Shown here: piece by piece, positions 37,655-45,872 of the stretch
Layout: each line of letters begins with the position of its first letter
Numbering within the stretch: position 1 is the stretch's first letter
Assembly (NCBI GenBank): GCA_965205485.1
Contig: OZ242180.1
Location: 2,784,001-2,848,000 of the forward strand
DNA length: 64,000 nt
Source: Candidatus Latescibacterota bacterium
Lineage (GTDB): Bacteria; Latescibacterota; UBA2968; GCA-2709665
Direction: 5' to 3'
The notes under the pieces: model-generated
The model's input: the letters and a program-made list of their open reading frames with translations, nothing else
Told to the model about the DNA's origin: nothing
The model's database searches: none
Made by a program: the position numbers and the translations under genes

Positions 37655-39061
37655 ATGAACGCGCAAATCGTTGTCGCAGACGACCAGTCCGAAATCCTGG
37701 GCATGCTCACGCGAAGCCTTCAGGTGGATGGCCGGATCGTGAGGGCATTTCCCACCGGTAGAGAGGCCTTCGCGTATTTGCGAAAACACGTTTCGGACGT
37801 TGACATGGCGATTCTGGATATCGACTTTGGACAGGCCGAGCCGGACGGCCTCGAAATTCTCCGTCAGATTCGCGATCTCGCACCCGATCTGCCGGTGATC
37901 ATCCTCACGGGCAAGGGCACCGTGGAGAACGCCGTAGCCGCCCTGCGCATGGGCGCTTCCGACTTTATCGAGAAAGACTTCTATATTGAAGACCGGCTTG
38001 AACTCAGCCTTGAAAAACTCGACCGCGTACTTGCCGTGCTCAAGGAGAACGCTCGCCTCCAGGCCCGGGTTAAGGATCTGGATCGGGAGAACAGATTCTA
38101 CCGTGACGAATTCGGCAAGAAATACAGGACGGTAAACGCCAGCTCACAGATGCTGCGGATTATGCAACAGGCCGAGCGCATCGCTTCCATCCCCCGACCG
38201 GTCCTGGTCCTCGGCGAACCCGGAACCGGAAAGGAACTCGTGGCCGCCGCGATCCACTACGGTGGGGTACGAAGAGATCGTCCATTCGTCAAAGTCAACT
38301 GCGCCGCCCTTTCCGCCAACCTCCTGGAAAGCGAGCTCTTCGGCCATGAGAAAGGCGCCTTTACCGGAGCCACGGAAGCCCGGCCGGGCCGGTTTGAAGC
38401 GGCAAACGGCGGCACTCTGTTGCTGGACGAGATCGGCAACACCACGCCCGAGTTCCAGCAGAACGTCCTGCGCGCCATTGAATATCAGGAGATCCAACGG
38501 GTGGGCGGCGCCGCGCCGACCAGCGTGGACGTACGTATCATTGCCGCCACGAATGCCGACCTCGAGCGCGAGATCGTCGAAGGCCGCTTCCGGCAGGATC
38601 TGTACGACCGCCTGCGCTTCGAGATTATCCGCATTCCCCCCCTACGGGAGCGTCGTGAAGACATCCGGCCCCTCGCCGTATTTTTCGTCGAACAGATCGT
38701 CCGGGAGGTGCCGGGCCTGGAAGCGCGTCCGTTTTCGGAGAGCGCGCTGCGGATGCTGTTGGGCTACGCGTGGCCGGGAAACGTGCGCGAGCTTAAATTC
38801 GCTGTCGAACGCGCCGCCTGCATGGCCGTGGGTGCATCCATCGAGCCCCGGGACCTGCCGCCGGAGATCTCCAGCGGGGCCGCCGCTGCGCCCGGAGACG
38901 GGTTTGACGCCCAGGTTACGGCGTTTGAACTCGGCTTGCTCAGAGGCGCGTTGAGCCGCGCAAACTGGAACCAGCGCAAGGCCGCCGAGTCGCTCTGCTT
39001 GAGCTACGATCAGTTTCGTCACTTTTACAGGAAGTACGGACTTGCAGGAGAGAAATCCTGA
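37655..39061 (+). CDS. sigma54-dependent activator: receiver domain + PspF-like AAA+ domain + HTH
   Basis: REC (ADD, ILD, LTG, EK); [20 protein letters not shown] and WPGNVREL; PspF-like LRAIEY, ATNADL, DRLRF and [20 protein letters not shown]. Confidence 0.92.
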   Translation: MNAQIVVADDQSEILGMLTRSLQVDGRIVRAFPTGREAFAYLRKHVSDVDMAILDIDFGQAEPDGLEILRQIRDLAPDLPVIILTGKGTVENAVAALRMGASDFIEKDFYIEDRLELSLEKLDRVLAVLKENARLQARVKDLDRENRFYRDEFGKKYRTVNASSQMLRIMQQAERIASIPRPVLVLGEPGTGKELVAAAIHYGGVRRDRPFVKVNCAALSANLLESELFGHEKGAFTGATEARPGRFEAANGGTLLLDEIGNTTPEFQQNVLRAIEYQEIQRVGGAAPTSVDVRIIAATNADLEREIVEGRFRQDLYDRLRFEIIRIPPLRERREDIRPLAVFFVEQIVREVPGLEARPFSESALRMLLGYAWPGNVRELKFAVERAACMAVGASIEPRDLPPEISSGAAAAPGDGFDAQVTAFELGLLRGALSRANWNQRKAAESLCLSYDQFRHFYRKYGLAGEKS

Positions 39062-39130
39062 CACACTCTCGCACGTTGACAGGGAAAGCGACCAACCGAG
39101 GTTCATTACGGCATATCCGGCTTGATCGTA

Positions 39131-39318
39131 AGAAGTTGTCTTAAAATTCCCGGTGAGTTCCCGAGCGCGAGCGAAAAAGCGGCGGTTATGAGGCGCGAGG
39201 GGCGCGCAGCGCCGACGGGAAAATCCGCCCATATCTGTCTATACGGGTGGGTTTGACCAACGCCGACCGGCGCTTTTGCAGCCGCGCGAAGACCGCTGGA
39301 AATTTTAAGACAGCTTCC
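39131..39318. mobile_element. MITE-like element, copy B (188 bp), inverted relative to copy A
   Basis: Ends agaagttgtcttaaaatt and aattttaagacagcttcc; the arms match the reverse complement of 19332-19521. Confidence 0.85.
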
Positions 39319-39330
39319 AAGGAGACAGAT

Positions 39331-39735
39331 ATGTTCAAGGAACCGGACGTTATAGCGCTTACAACGGAGGTTCCGCTCAATCATATTTGGGATGTCCCGT
39401 CCAGCAGCCCGCTGATTGAGAAACGCAATCCGGGGGAAGGGCTGAAAGTCGGCGACATTGGCACGATTGTATATGTGCAGGGCAACGGGGAAGCACTCGA
39501 GGTTGAATTCCTGGGCCCGGAAGGCAACACGATAGGCGTTGCCACGATCTCGCCATCACAGGCCCGCTTGGCCACGGAAGAAGACCTCACTAACCGATCT
39601 CTTCCGGAAGAAGCTGACAGTGCGGCTCTATCACGGCCACAGGATAGATTTGGAAGGCCCAGTTCTTTGTCAGTACAGGAAGATCCCGAAAACTACAACA
39701 CGCAGGACACGAATCCGGACAACACGGAGGTGTAA
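39331..39735 (+). CDS. DUF4926-like protein
   Basis: DVIALT...GLKVGDIGTIVYV..NGEALEVEF..PEGNTIGVATI; RBS AAGGAG. Confidence 0.68.
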   Translation: MFKEPDVIALTTEVPLNHIWDVPSSSPLIEKRNPGEGLKVGDIGTIVYVQGNGEALEVEFLGPEGNTIGVATISPSQARLATEEDLTNRSLPEEADSAALSRPQDRFGRPSSLSVQEDPENYNTQDTNPDNTEV

Positions 39736-40523
39736 TGAACATTGTCGTATTCGGCGCGGCGGGCTGGCTCGGAAGGGCGGCGCTGGCCGCTCTTGACGGA
39801 AACCATCGGATCCGGGCTTTCGACTACGGCCCGCAGGCCTGGCAGTCATGGAACGATACCGACGGCGAATGGACGGGCGGTGAAGTCGTACACGGAGATA
39901 TCGTGGATTTCGATGCCGTTCACGGCGCCGTGGCGGACATGGACGCGGTTCTGCACATGGCGGTGTACCACTCGGACGAGCCCGGCGCCCATGGCGTTGA
40001 CGATCAGAAACCCTTTCTGATCAACATCAAGGGACTCTGGAACGTGCTTGAGTCCGCCCGGCGACACGGCATCGGGAGGATCGTGCACATCGGTTCCTGC
40101 CAGACCGCCCATCCCGGCGGCGTCTTCTTCTCGGCCGACGTCAGGCGGCCCGACGGAGGTCTGTACGGCGTTACGAAGCGCCTCCAGGAAGAAATGTGCC
40201 GGCAGTATTACGACGCGTTCGGGATGCGCATCATCGTACTCCGGCCTGACTACATCGTTGACAGCAGACTCGGGATCGGCCGGTACAGGGAAAAGCTGGG
40301 TACGGAAGCACGTCCTTATCGCCAGGGATGGGTCTGCCGACACGACCTTGCGGAAGCATGCCGGCTGGGCCTGGAGTCCCGGGACATCGACTTCGACGTC
40401 TTCCACGTCGTGGGAACGCCGGGCGCGGAAAAAACGTGCAATGTCGCACGGTCCCGTGAGATTCTCGGTCTGCAATACAGGGGAAATCTCGAACAATACC
40501 GGATCGGCGCCGGCGTGGAATAG
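39735..40523 (+). CDS. NAD-dependent epimerase/dehydrogenase (extended SDR, uronate dehydrogenase-like)
   Basis: GAAGWLG Rossmann motif and YGVTK catalytic motif. Confidence 0.87.
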   Translation: MNIVVFGAAGWLGRAALAALDGNHRIRAFDYGPQAWQSWNDTDGEWTGGEVVHGDIVDFDAVHGAVADMDAVLHMAVYHSDEPGAHGVDDQKPFLINIKGLWNVLESARRHGIGRIVHIGSCQTAHPGGVFFSADVRRPDGGLYGVTKRLQEEMCRQYYDAFGMRIIVLRPDYIVDSRLGIGRYREKLGTEARPYRQGWVCRHDLAEACRLGLESRDIDFDVFHVVGTPGAEKTCNVARSREILGLQYRGNLEQYRIGAGVE

Positions 40524-40559
40524 ACAGACCACGAGCCAAAATAACGAAAGGAGACGCCA

Positions 40560-40985
40560 ATGTCCGCCGAAGACAACGCTCGAATTGCCCGGGAGTCCCT
40601 CGAAGCCGCCTTCGCCTGTGACTGGAAGCGACTTCGCGAAACCTACGCCGACGACGCCACCATGGCCGGCGGCGCACTGAACATCCGGGGTGCGGAAAAC
40701 CTGGTGGCGCTCTGGCAGGGCTGTCACGAGGAAGAGCGGGACATGCGGCTGGAAATACTCAATGTCGTCGCAGACAACGTCATGGCCGCCGTGGAGTTTC
40801 GTTTCAGGGGTATCGTAAACCAGCCCCTTCCCGGGCTGCCCGAAGCAATGTACGGCAAACGGCTGGATGCCACCGAAGTGCATATGTGCCGGATTCAGAA
40901 CGGAAAAATCACCGCCGTGACGATTTACGGCGGCGTCCTTGAATCTCCCGACGTCCCACTCAAGCGGGTCTGGGTGGACAAATAG
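40560..40985 (+). CDS. SnoaL/NTF2-like protein
   Basis: EDNARIAR, YADDA, RG.E and RIQNGKI; strong RBS AAGGAG. Confidence 0.8.
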   Translation: MSAEDNARIARESLEAAFACDWKRLRETYADDATMAGGALNIRGAENLVALWQGCHEEERDMRLEILNVVADNVMAAVEFRFRGIVNQPLPGLPEAMYGKRLDATEVHMCRIQNGKITAVTIYGGVLESPDVPLKRVWVDK

Positions 40986-40997
40986 GCAAGCAGGCTC

Positions 40998-42107
40998 ATG
41001 CCGTATCAACAGATCGACCATCGGGACCTCGTCCTCAGACCTCTGTCGGAGAGACGGAGCAAGTTCTCGATCGACGAGATCATGGTCGACCCTGACGGGG
41101 CCGCGCCCGACCCCGTGCTGCTGGCGGACAGGCTGCGGCGCGTTGCCGAAGAAATCCGGGACGCCAGGAGGCGGGGCGCTTCCGTCATGCTGGCGTACGG
41201 CGCCCATCTGGTCAAGAACGGCCTGGGGCCGATCGTGACCCGCCTGATGGAGGGCGGTTGGATCACCCATCTGGCCACCAACGGCGCCGGCACGATTCAC
41301 GACTGGGAATACGCCTATCAGGGGCGATCCGAAGAAGACGTGCGGGCGAACGTCGCGAAGGGGTGTTTCGGAACGTGGGAGGAAACCGGCCGATACATCC
41401 ATCTGGCCGTTCTCGCCGGTGCGCTGGAGGGCAGGGGCTACGGCGAATCCCTCGGAAAGTTCATTGCCGACGACGGTTGTGAGATTCCTTCCCGCAACGA
41501 CCTGGCATCCGCCCTGCTCGACTGGGCCGCGGTTCCCGCGGACTCGCCCGCCATGCCCGCGTACGCCGAAATGCTCCAGGTCCTCTCGCGATTTGACATT
41601 CCTTCAGGCCGCTTCCGCGTCGAACATCCATACGGAGATTTGTCGCTTACGGCAGGGGCTTACCGACTCGGCGTGCCGCTCACCGTTCATCCGGGTATCG
41701 GCTACGACATCATCCACAACCACCACCTCGCGAACGGCGCGGCAATCGGCCGCGGCGCGGATATCGATTTTCGGGTGTTCACGCGCGGCGTGGTCAATCT
41801 GGATGGAGGCGTGTTCCTCTCAATTGGCTCGGCCGTCATGGCGCCGCAAGTCTTCGAAAAGGCCCTTTCGCTGGCCAACAATCTGCGCATTCAGGAACCC
41901 AGGCGCGTCGTACGCCCGTTCATCGCGGTGAACGATCTGACGCCGGTGACCTGGGATTGGTCCACGGGCGAACCTCCCAAAGACAACCCGGCGTACTATC
42001 TCAGGTTCTGCAAGTCGTTCAGCCGAATGGGAGGCGAGATGATTTACGTCGACGGTGACAACCGGACCTTCCTGCACAATCTCTACCGAATTCTAAAGGA
42101 GAAGTAA
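40998..42107 (+). CDS. Uncharacterized deoxyhypusine-synthase-like (DHS/NAD-binding fold) protein
   Basis: YGAHLVKNGLGP, HLATNGAGTIHD, TVHPGIGYDI and IGSAVMAPQVFEKALS. Confidence 0.65.
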   Translation: MPYQQIDHRDLVLRPLSERRSKFSIDEIMVDPDGAAPDPVLLADRLRRVAEEIRDARRRGASVMLAYGAHLVKNGLGPIVTRLMEGGWITHLATNGAGTIHDWEYAYQGRSEEDVRANVAKGCFGTWEETGRYIHLAVLAGALEGRGYGESLGKFIADDGCEIPSRNDLASALLDWAAVPADSPAMPAYAEMLQVLSRFDIPSGRFRVEHPYGDLSLTAGAYRLGVPLTVHPGIGYDIIHNHHLANGAAIGRGADIDFRVFTRGVVNLDGGVFLSIGSAVMAPQVFEKALSLANNLRIQEPRRVVRPFIAVNDLTPVTWDWSTGEPPKDNPAYYLRFCKSFSRMGGEMIYVDGDNRTFLHNLYRILKEK

Positions 42108-42201
42108 CGGACGATCGAAGGGAGTGCCGGAACTTTACAACCGTCCCGAAGGAAGGGTAAACCGGCCCGCTCCGTCTCGATGGACTCACCCGAAAGACGC
42201 T

Positions 42202-43374
42202 ATGGACGCCGCGCCCGAACCCGTTATCCTCATCCACTATCACGAAATCGGCCTGAAGGGCAGGAACCGCGGCCGGTTCGAACGGCAGCTGCTCACCAAC
42301 ATCACTCGCGCATTGAAAGGCCTGCAGCGCGGGGCCGTCCGACGCCTTTCAGGTCGCATCATCCTGGAACTTCCCCCGGACGCTCGGACGGGGGCCATCC
42401 GGGAGCGCCTGGTTGACGTATTCGGGATTGCGAATTTCTCCGAAGCCGTTCTCGTCCCCAACGCCATCGAACACATACGGGCTGCGGTGTGGGAGGTCGT
42501 TCGACAGGAGGACTTTAGCTCGTTCAAGATTGCCGCGCGTCGCGGAGACAAGAATTTCCCGCTGACATCAGAGGGAATCAACCGCGACGTGGGCGCCCAC
42601 GTACAGAAGCTCTCCGGCGCGCGGGTCAAACTGGAAGATCCGGACCTGACCTGTTTCGTCGAAGTTTCCTACGAGGGGGCCTTTGTCTATACCCAAAAAA
42701 CACCCGGGCCCGGTGGGCTTCCCGTGGGCGCGAACGAGCGTGCCGTCAGTCTCCTTTCCTCGGGCATCGACTCGCCGGTTGCTTCATACAAGACGATGAA
42801 ACGCGGCGTAAGGCTCTCGTTCGTACACTTTCACAGCCAGCCGTATACCAACCGAAGCTCACAGCGCAATACGGAGGAGCTTACCCGGGTGCTGACGCGG
42901 TACCAGTACAGGTCGACACTGTATCTGGTCCCGTTCGTCGAGATCCAGCGCCGCGTGATGACCCACGCGCCGCCGGGCTACCGAGTGGTCCTCTATCGAA
43001 GGGTCATGTTGCGGATCGCCGAAGCGATTGCCGAACGGGAAGGCGCGCAGGCCCTTGTCACGGGCGAGAGTATCGGTCAGGTCGCCTCGCAGACCCTGTC
43101 GAACATACGCGCGATCGAGGAAGCGACACCGCTTCCCATTCTGCGACCGCTTTCCGGGGACAACAAGGAGGAAATCATCGATCTTGCCCGGCGCATCGGA
43201 ACCTACGATGTCTCAATCGAGCCCTATGAAGACTGTTGTACGGTCTTTGTACCCAAACATCCGGAGACCCGCGCCAATCTGAATGCGGTACGTGAGATCG
43301 AGCCGAAGCTGGACCTGCCCCCGTTGATCGATCAGGCGCTGAAGTCAACAGAGGTGAAGACGGTAAACTACTAA
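42202..43374 (+). CDS. thiI: tRNA 4-thiouridine(8) synthase ThiI (no rhodanese domain)
   Basis: YHEIGLKGRNR, THUMP domain, PP-loop SSGIDSPVA, TGESIGQVASQT and EDCC. Confidence 0.93.
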   Translation: MDAAPEPVILIHYHEIGLKGRNRGRFERQLLTNITRALKGLQRGAVRRLSGRIILELPPDARTGAIRERLVDVFGIANFSEAVLVPNAIEHIRAAVWEVVRQEDFSSFKIAARRGDKNFPLTSEGINRDVGAHVQKLSGARVKLEDPDLTCFVEVSYEGAFVYTQKTPGPGGLPVGANERAVSLLSSGIDSPVASYKTMKRGVRLSFVHFHSQPYTNRSSQRNTEELTRVLTRYQYRSTLYLVPFVEIQRRVMTHAPPGYRVVLYRRVMLRIAEAIAEREGAQALVTGESIGQVASQTLSNIRAIEEATPLPILRPLSGDNKEEIIDLARRIGTYDVSIEPYEDCCTVFVPKHPETRANLNAVREIEPKLDLPPLIDQALKSTEVKTVNY

Positions 43375-44294
43375 ACGGCCTGTGGGTCATCGTGCATTCC
43401 GTCCGCTGGTATCCCGAACCGTTCAAAGACGGCGTCGAGCAGGCGCCGGATCGCGGGTCCGAAATAGCGCCCCTGTCGCCAGGCCACGCCAATCTCACGG
43501 CCGAATCGCACGCCCAGGACGTCTACGGTCACCAGAGCTCCCGATGTCAGGGAATCCTGAACGGTCAGATGCGGCAGGAAGGAAATACCCACGCCCGCCT
43601 CGACCAGCTTCCGCATGGCCTCCGGACTCCGCATTTCCATGACCACGCCTGGTGACACGCCCGCCTCAGCGAATCGCTCGTCCACGATTTTTCGCGACAC
43701 GGAATCGGCGTGAAACAGAATCAGCGGCTCCTCCGCGACCTCTTCCAGCGCCACCGACGAACGCCGGGAAAACGGATGCGACGCCCCTGCCACCAGCGGC
43801 ATCGAGTCTCGATGGATGGAAACCGTTTCCAGTTTCGGATGGACGAACGGAAGCGAAATCACCGCGAATTCGGAACGGTTCAGCAGCAGATCGTCCACGA
43901 GATATCGAGAGGGCGCAACCTGTACCGCAAGCGCCACGTTCGGGAAATCCCGCATGTACGCTTTCAGGATGTCCGGCAACAGATAGGTAACCGCGGCATC
44001 GATCGCGCCGAACTGAAATCCTTCGCCCGGCAGAACGTCCCTTCGTCTCAGCCGGTCTTCGGTCGATTCCACCAGGTCCTGGATCTGCATTCCGTAATTC
44101 GCGAGCGTCCTGCCCTCCATTGTCAGGCCCACGTGCCGATTGCCCCGGTTGAACAGCCGCACGCCCAGCGCGCGTTCCAGGTCGGCCACGCCGCTGCTGA
44201 CGGTAGGCTGCGTCACGTGCAGTTCTCGTGCCGCGCGACTGAAACTTTCCTCGCGCGCAACCGCCAGGAAGTACTTCAGATGTTGCAGGTTCAT
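43371..44294 (-). CDS. LysR-family transcriptional regulator
   Basis: MNLQHLKYFLAVAREESFSRAARELHVTQPTVS HTH plus a substrate-binding domain. Confidence 0.94.
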   Translation of the reverse strand: MNLQHLKYFLAVAREESFSRAARELHVTQPTVSSGVADLERALGVRLFNRGNRHVGLTMEGRTLANYGMQIQDLVESTEDRLRRRDVLPGEGFQFGAIDAAVTYLLPDILKAYMRDFPNVALAVQVAPSRYLVDDLLLNRSEFAVISLPFVHPKLETVSIHRDSMPLVAGASHPFSRRSSVALEEVAEEPLILFHADSVSRKIVDERFAEAGVSPGVVMEMRSPEAMRKLVEAGVGISFLPHLTVQDSLTSGALVTVDVLGVRFGREIGVAWRQGRYFGPAIRRLLDAVFERFGIPADGMHDDPQAV

Positions 44295-44395
44295 ACTCGT
44301 CCCCGATTGTCAGGTTTCAGGAATGTGTCACCATTCTTTCAGACGTTTACCCCGTCCCTTTGCATGGCCAGCGCGAAGGATCGCGACATAGAATC

Positions 44396-44425
44396 TGTAG
44401 GGGCGACCGGCCGCTCGCCCCTACA
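44396..44425. repeat. GTAG-type REP-like palindrome 1
   Basis: tgtaggggcga-ccggccgc-tcgcccctaca, 11-bp perfect stem. Confidence 0.7.
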
Positions 44426-44480
44426 ACAACCAGATATCGGTTGCTTCTGATTTCACCGTGATACGCGCCAGACGATTATT

Positions 44481-44509
44481 TGTAGGGGCGTCCCTTGTGG
44501 GCGCCCGTA
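44481..44509. repeat. GTAG-type REP-like palindrome 2
   Basis: tgtaggggcgtccc-ttgt-gggcgcccgta; shares the TGTAGGGGCG head with palindrome 1. Confidence 0.65.
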
Positions 44510-44540
44510 TTATGTCACCGGTGATTTAGACGTCATATCT

Positions 44541-44555
44541 ATAGAGAAATCCTAT
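44541..44555. promoter_or_regulatory. LysR-type binding box in the divergent lysR/ino1 spacer
   Basis: ATAG-agaaatc-CTAT (T-N11-A dyad) inside a very AT-rich tract. Confidence 0.6.
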
Positions 44556-44660
44556 AAATAATATAGTAATTATTCATTTGTCAAATATATAAATATACCT
44601 ATCTTTTTCACCTGTTTTTGTCCAGGAAGGCTGAACTTTACCTCTCGAAGGAGTTTTGAA

Positions 44661-45761
44661 ATGGCCAGGAAAGTCCGCGTTGCCATCGTCGGTGTCGGCA
44701 ACTGCGCATCTTCTCTCGTTCAGGGCGTCCAATATTACAGGGATGCTCCCGCGGACAGCTTCATTCCCGGGCTGATGCATCCCGAACTGGGCGGCTATCA
44801 CATCCGCGACATCGAATTCTCGGCCGCGTTCGACATCGACTCGAACAAGGTTGGCAAAGACCTCAGCGAGGCGATCTTCACCGAACCCAACAATACCGTC
44901 GAGTTCGCGGATGTTCCTCAGCTCGACGTTCCCGTTCAGCGCGGTATGACCCATGACGGGCTGGGCCGGTATCTCAGCGAAGTCATCACGAAAGCCGACG
45001 GGAGTACCGTAGACGTTGCTGAGGTTCTCAAGGCCACCGGTACCGATGTGGTTGTCAACTATCTGCCTGTTGGCAGCGAAGAAGCCACGAAGTGGTACGT
45101 GGAGCAGGTTCTTCAGGCCGGCTGCGGTTTTGTCAACTGTGTGCCCGTCTTTATTGCGAGCGCGGGGCACTGGCCCGAGCGATTCGAAAAGCGCGGCCTG
45201 CCCATCATTGGAGACGATATCAAATCGCAGGTGGGGGCAACCATCGCCCATCGGGTACTCACACGGCTCTTCCGAGAGCGCGGCGTCAAGCTCACCCGCA
45301 CCTACCAGTTGAATTTTGGCGGGAACACCGACTTCTACAATATGCTGGAACGTTCGAGGCTGGAATCCAAAAAGATCAGCAAGACCAATGCCGTGACTTC
45401 CCAGCTTGACTACGACCTGGGAGAGGCGAACGTACACGTCGGCCCCAGCGATCATGTGCCGTGGCTGGAAGACCGGAAGTGGTGCCACATCCGGATGGAG
45501 GGTGAAACCTTTGGCGGCGTACCGCTCAACCTGGAGCTGAAGCTGGAAGTCTGGGACTCGCCCAACTCCGCGGGCGTGGTCATCGACGCTGTACGTTGCT
45601 GCAAACTGGGTCTGGAACGCGGCTTGAAAGGACCGTTGCTGGGTCCCTCCTCCTACTTTATGAAGACGCCGCCCGAGCAGTTCAGCGACGACGAGGCCCG
45701 GGAAATGGTGGAAGATTTCATTCTGCAGTACGGGCGGAAACAGCCGGATCTCACCGGATGA
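44661..45761 (+). CDS. ino1: myo-inositol-1-phosphate synthase
   Basis: [40 protein letters not shown] and WDSPNSAG. Confidence 0.95.
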   Translation: MARKVRVAIVGVGNCASSLVQGVQYYRDAPADSFIPGLMHPELGGYHIRDIEFSAAFDIDSNKVGKDLSEAIFTEPNNTVEFADVPQLDVPVQRGMTHDGLGRYLSEVITKADGSTVDVAEVLKATGTDVVVNYLPVGSEEATKWYVEQVLQAGCGFVNCVPVFIASAGHWPERFEKRGLPIIGDDIKSQVGATIAHRVLTRLFRERGVKLTRTYQLNFGGNTDFYNMLERSRLESKKISKTNAVTSQLDYDLGEANVHVGPSDHVPWLEDRKWCHIRMEGETFGGVPLNLELKLEVWDSPNSAGVVIDAVRCCKLGLERGLKGPLLGPSSYFMKTPPEQFSDDEAREMVEDFILQYGRKQPDLTG

Positions 45762-45824
45762 TCGTGCGGGTACGGACGCCCGTATTGTCGTTCAGGGGTC
45801 GATCCGGAACACTGAAACTAAAAG

Positions 45825-45852
45825 AAGGCCGCCGAATTCAGGGCGGCCTTTT
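45825..45852. terminator. Probable bidirectional intrinsic terminator between convergent genes
   Basis: aaggccgcc-gaattcag-ggcggcctt, flanked by A and T runs. Confidence 0.7.
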
Positions 45853-45872
45853 CCGTATCGGTATCGTCCACG

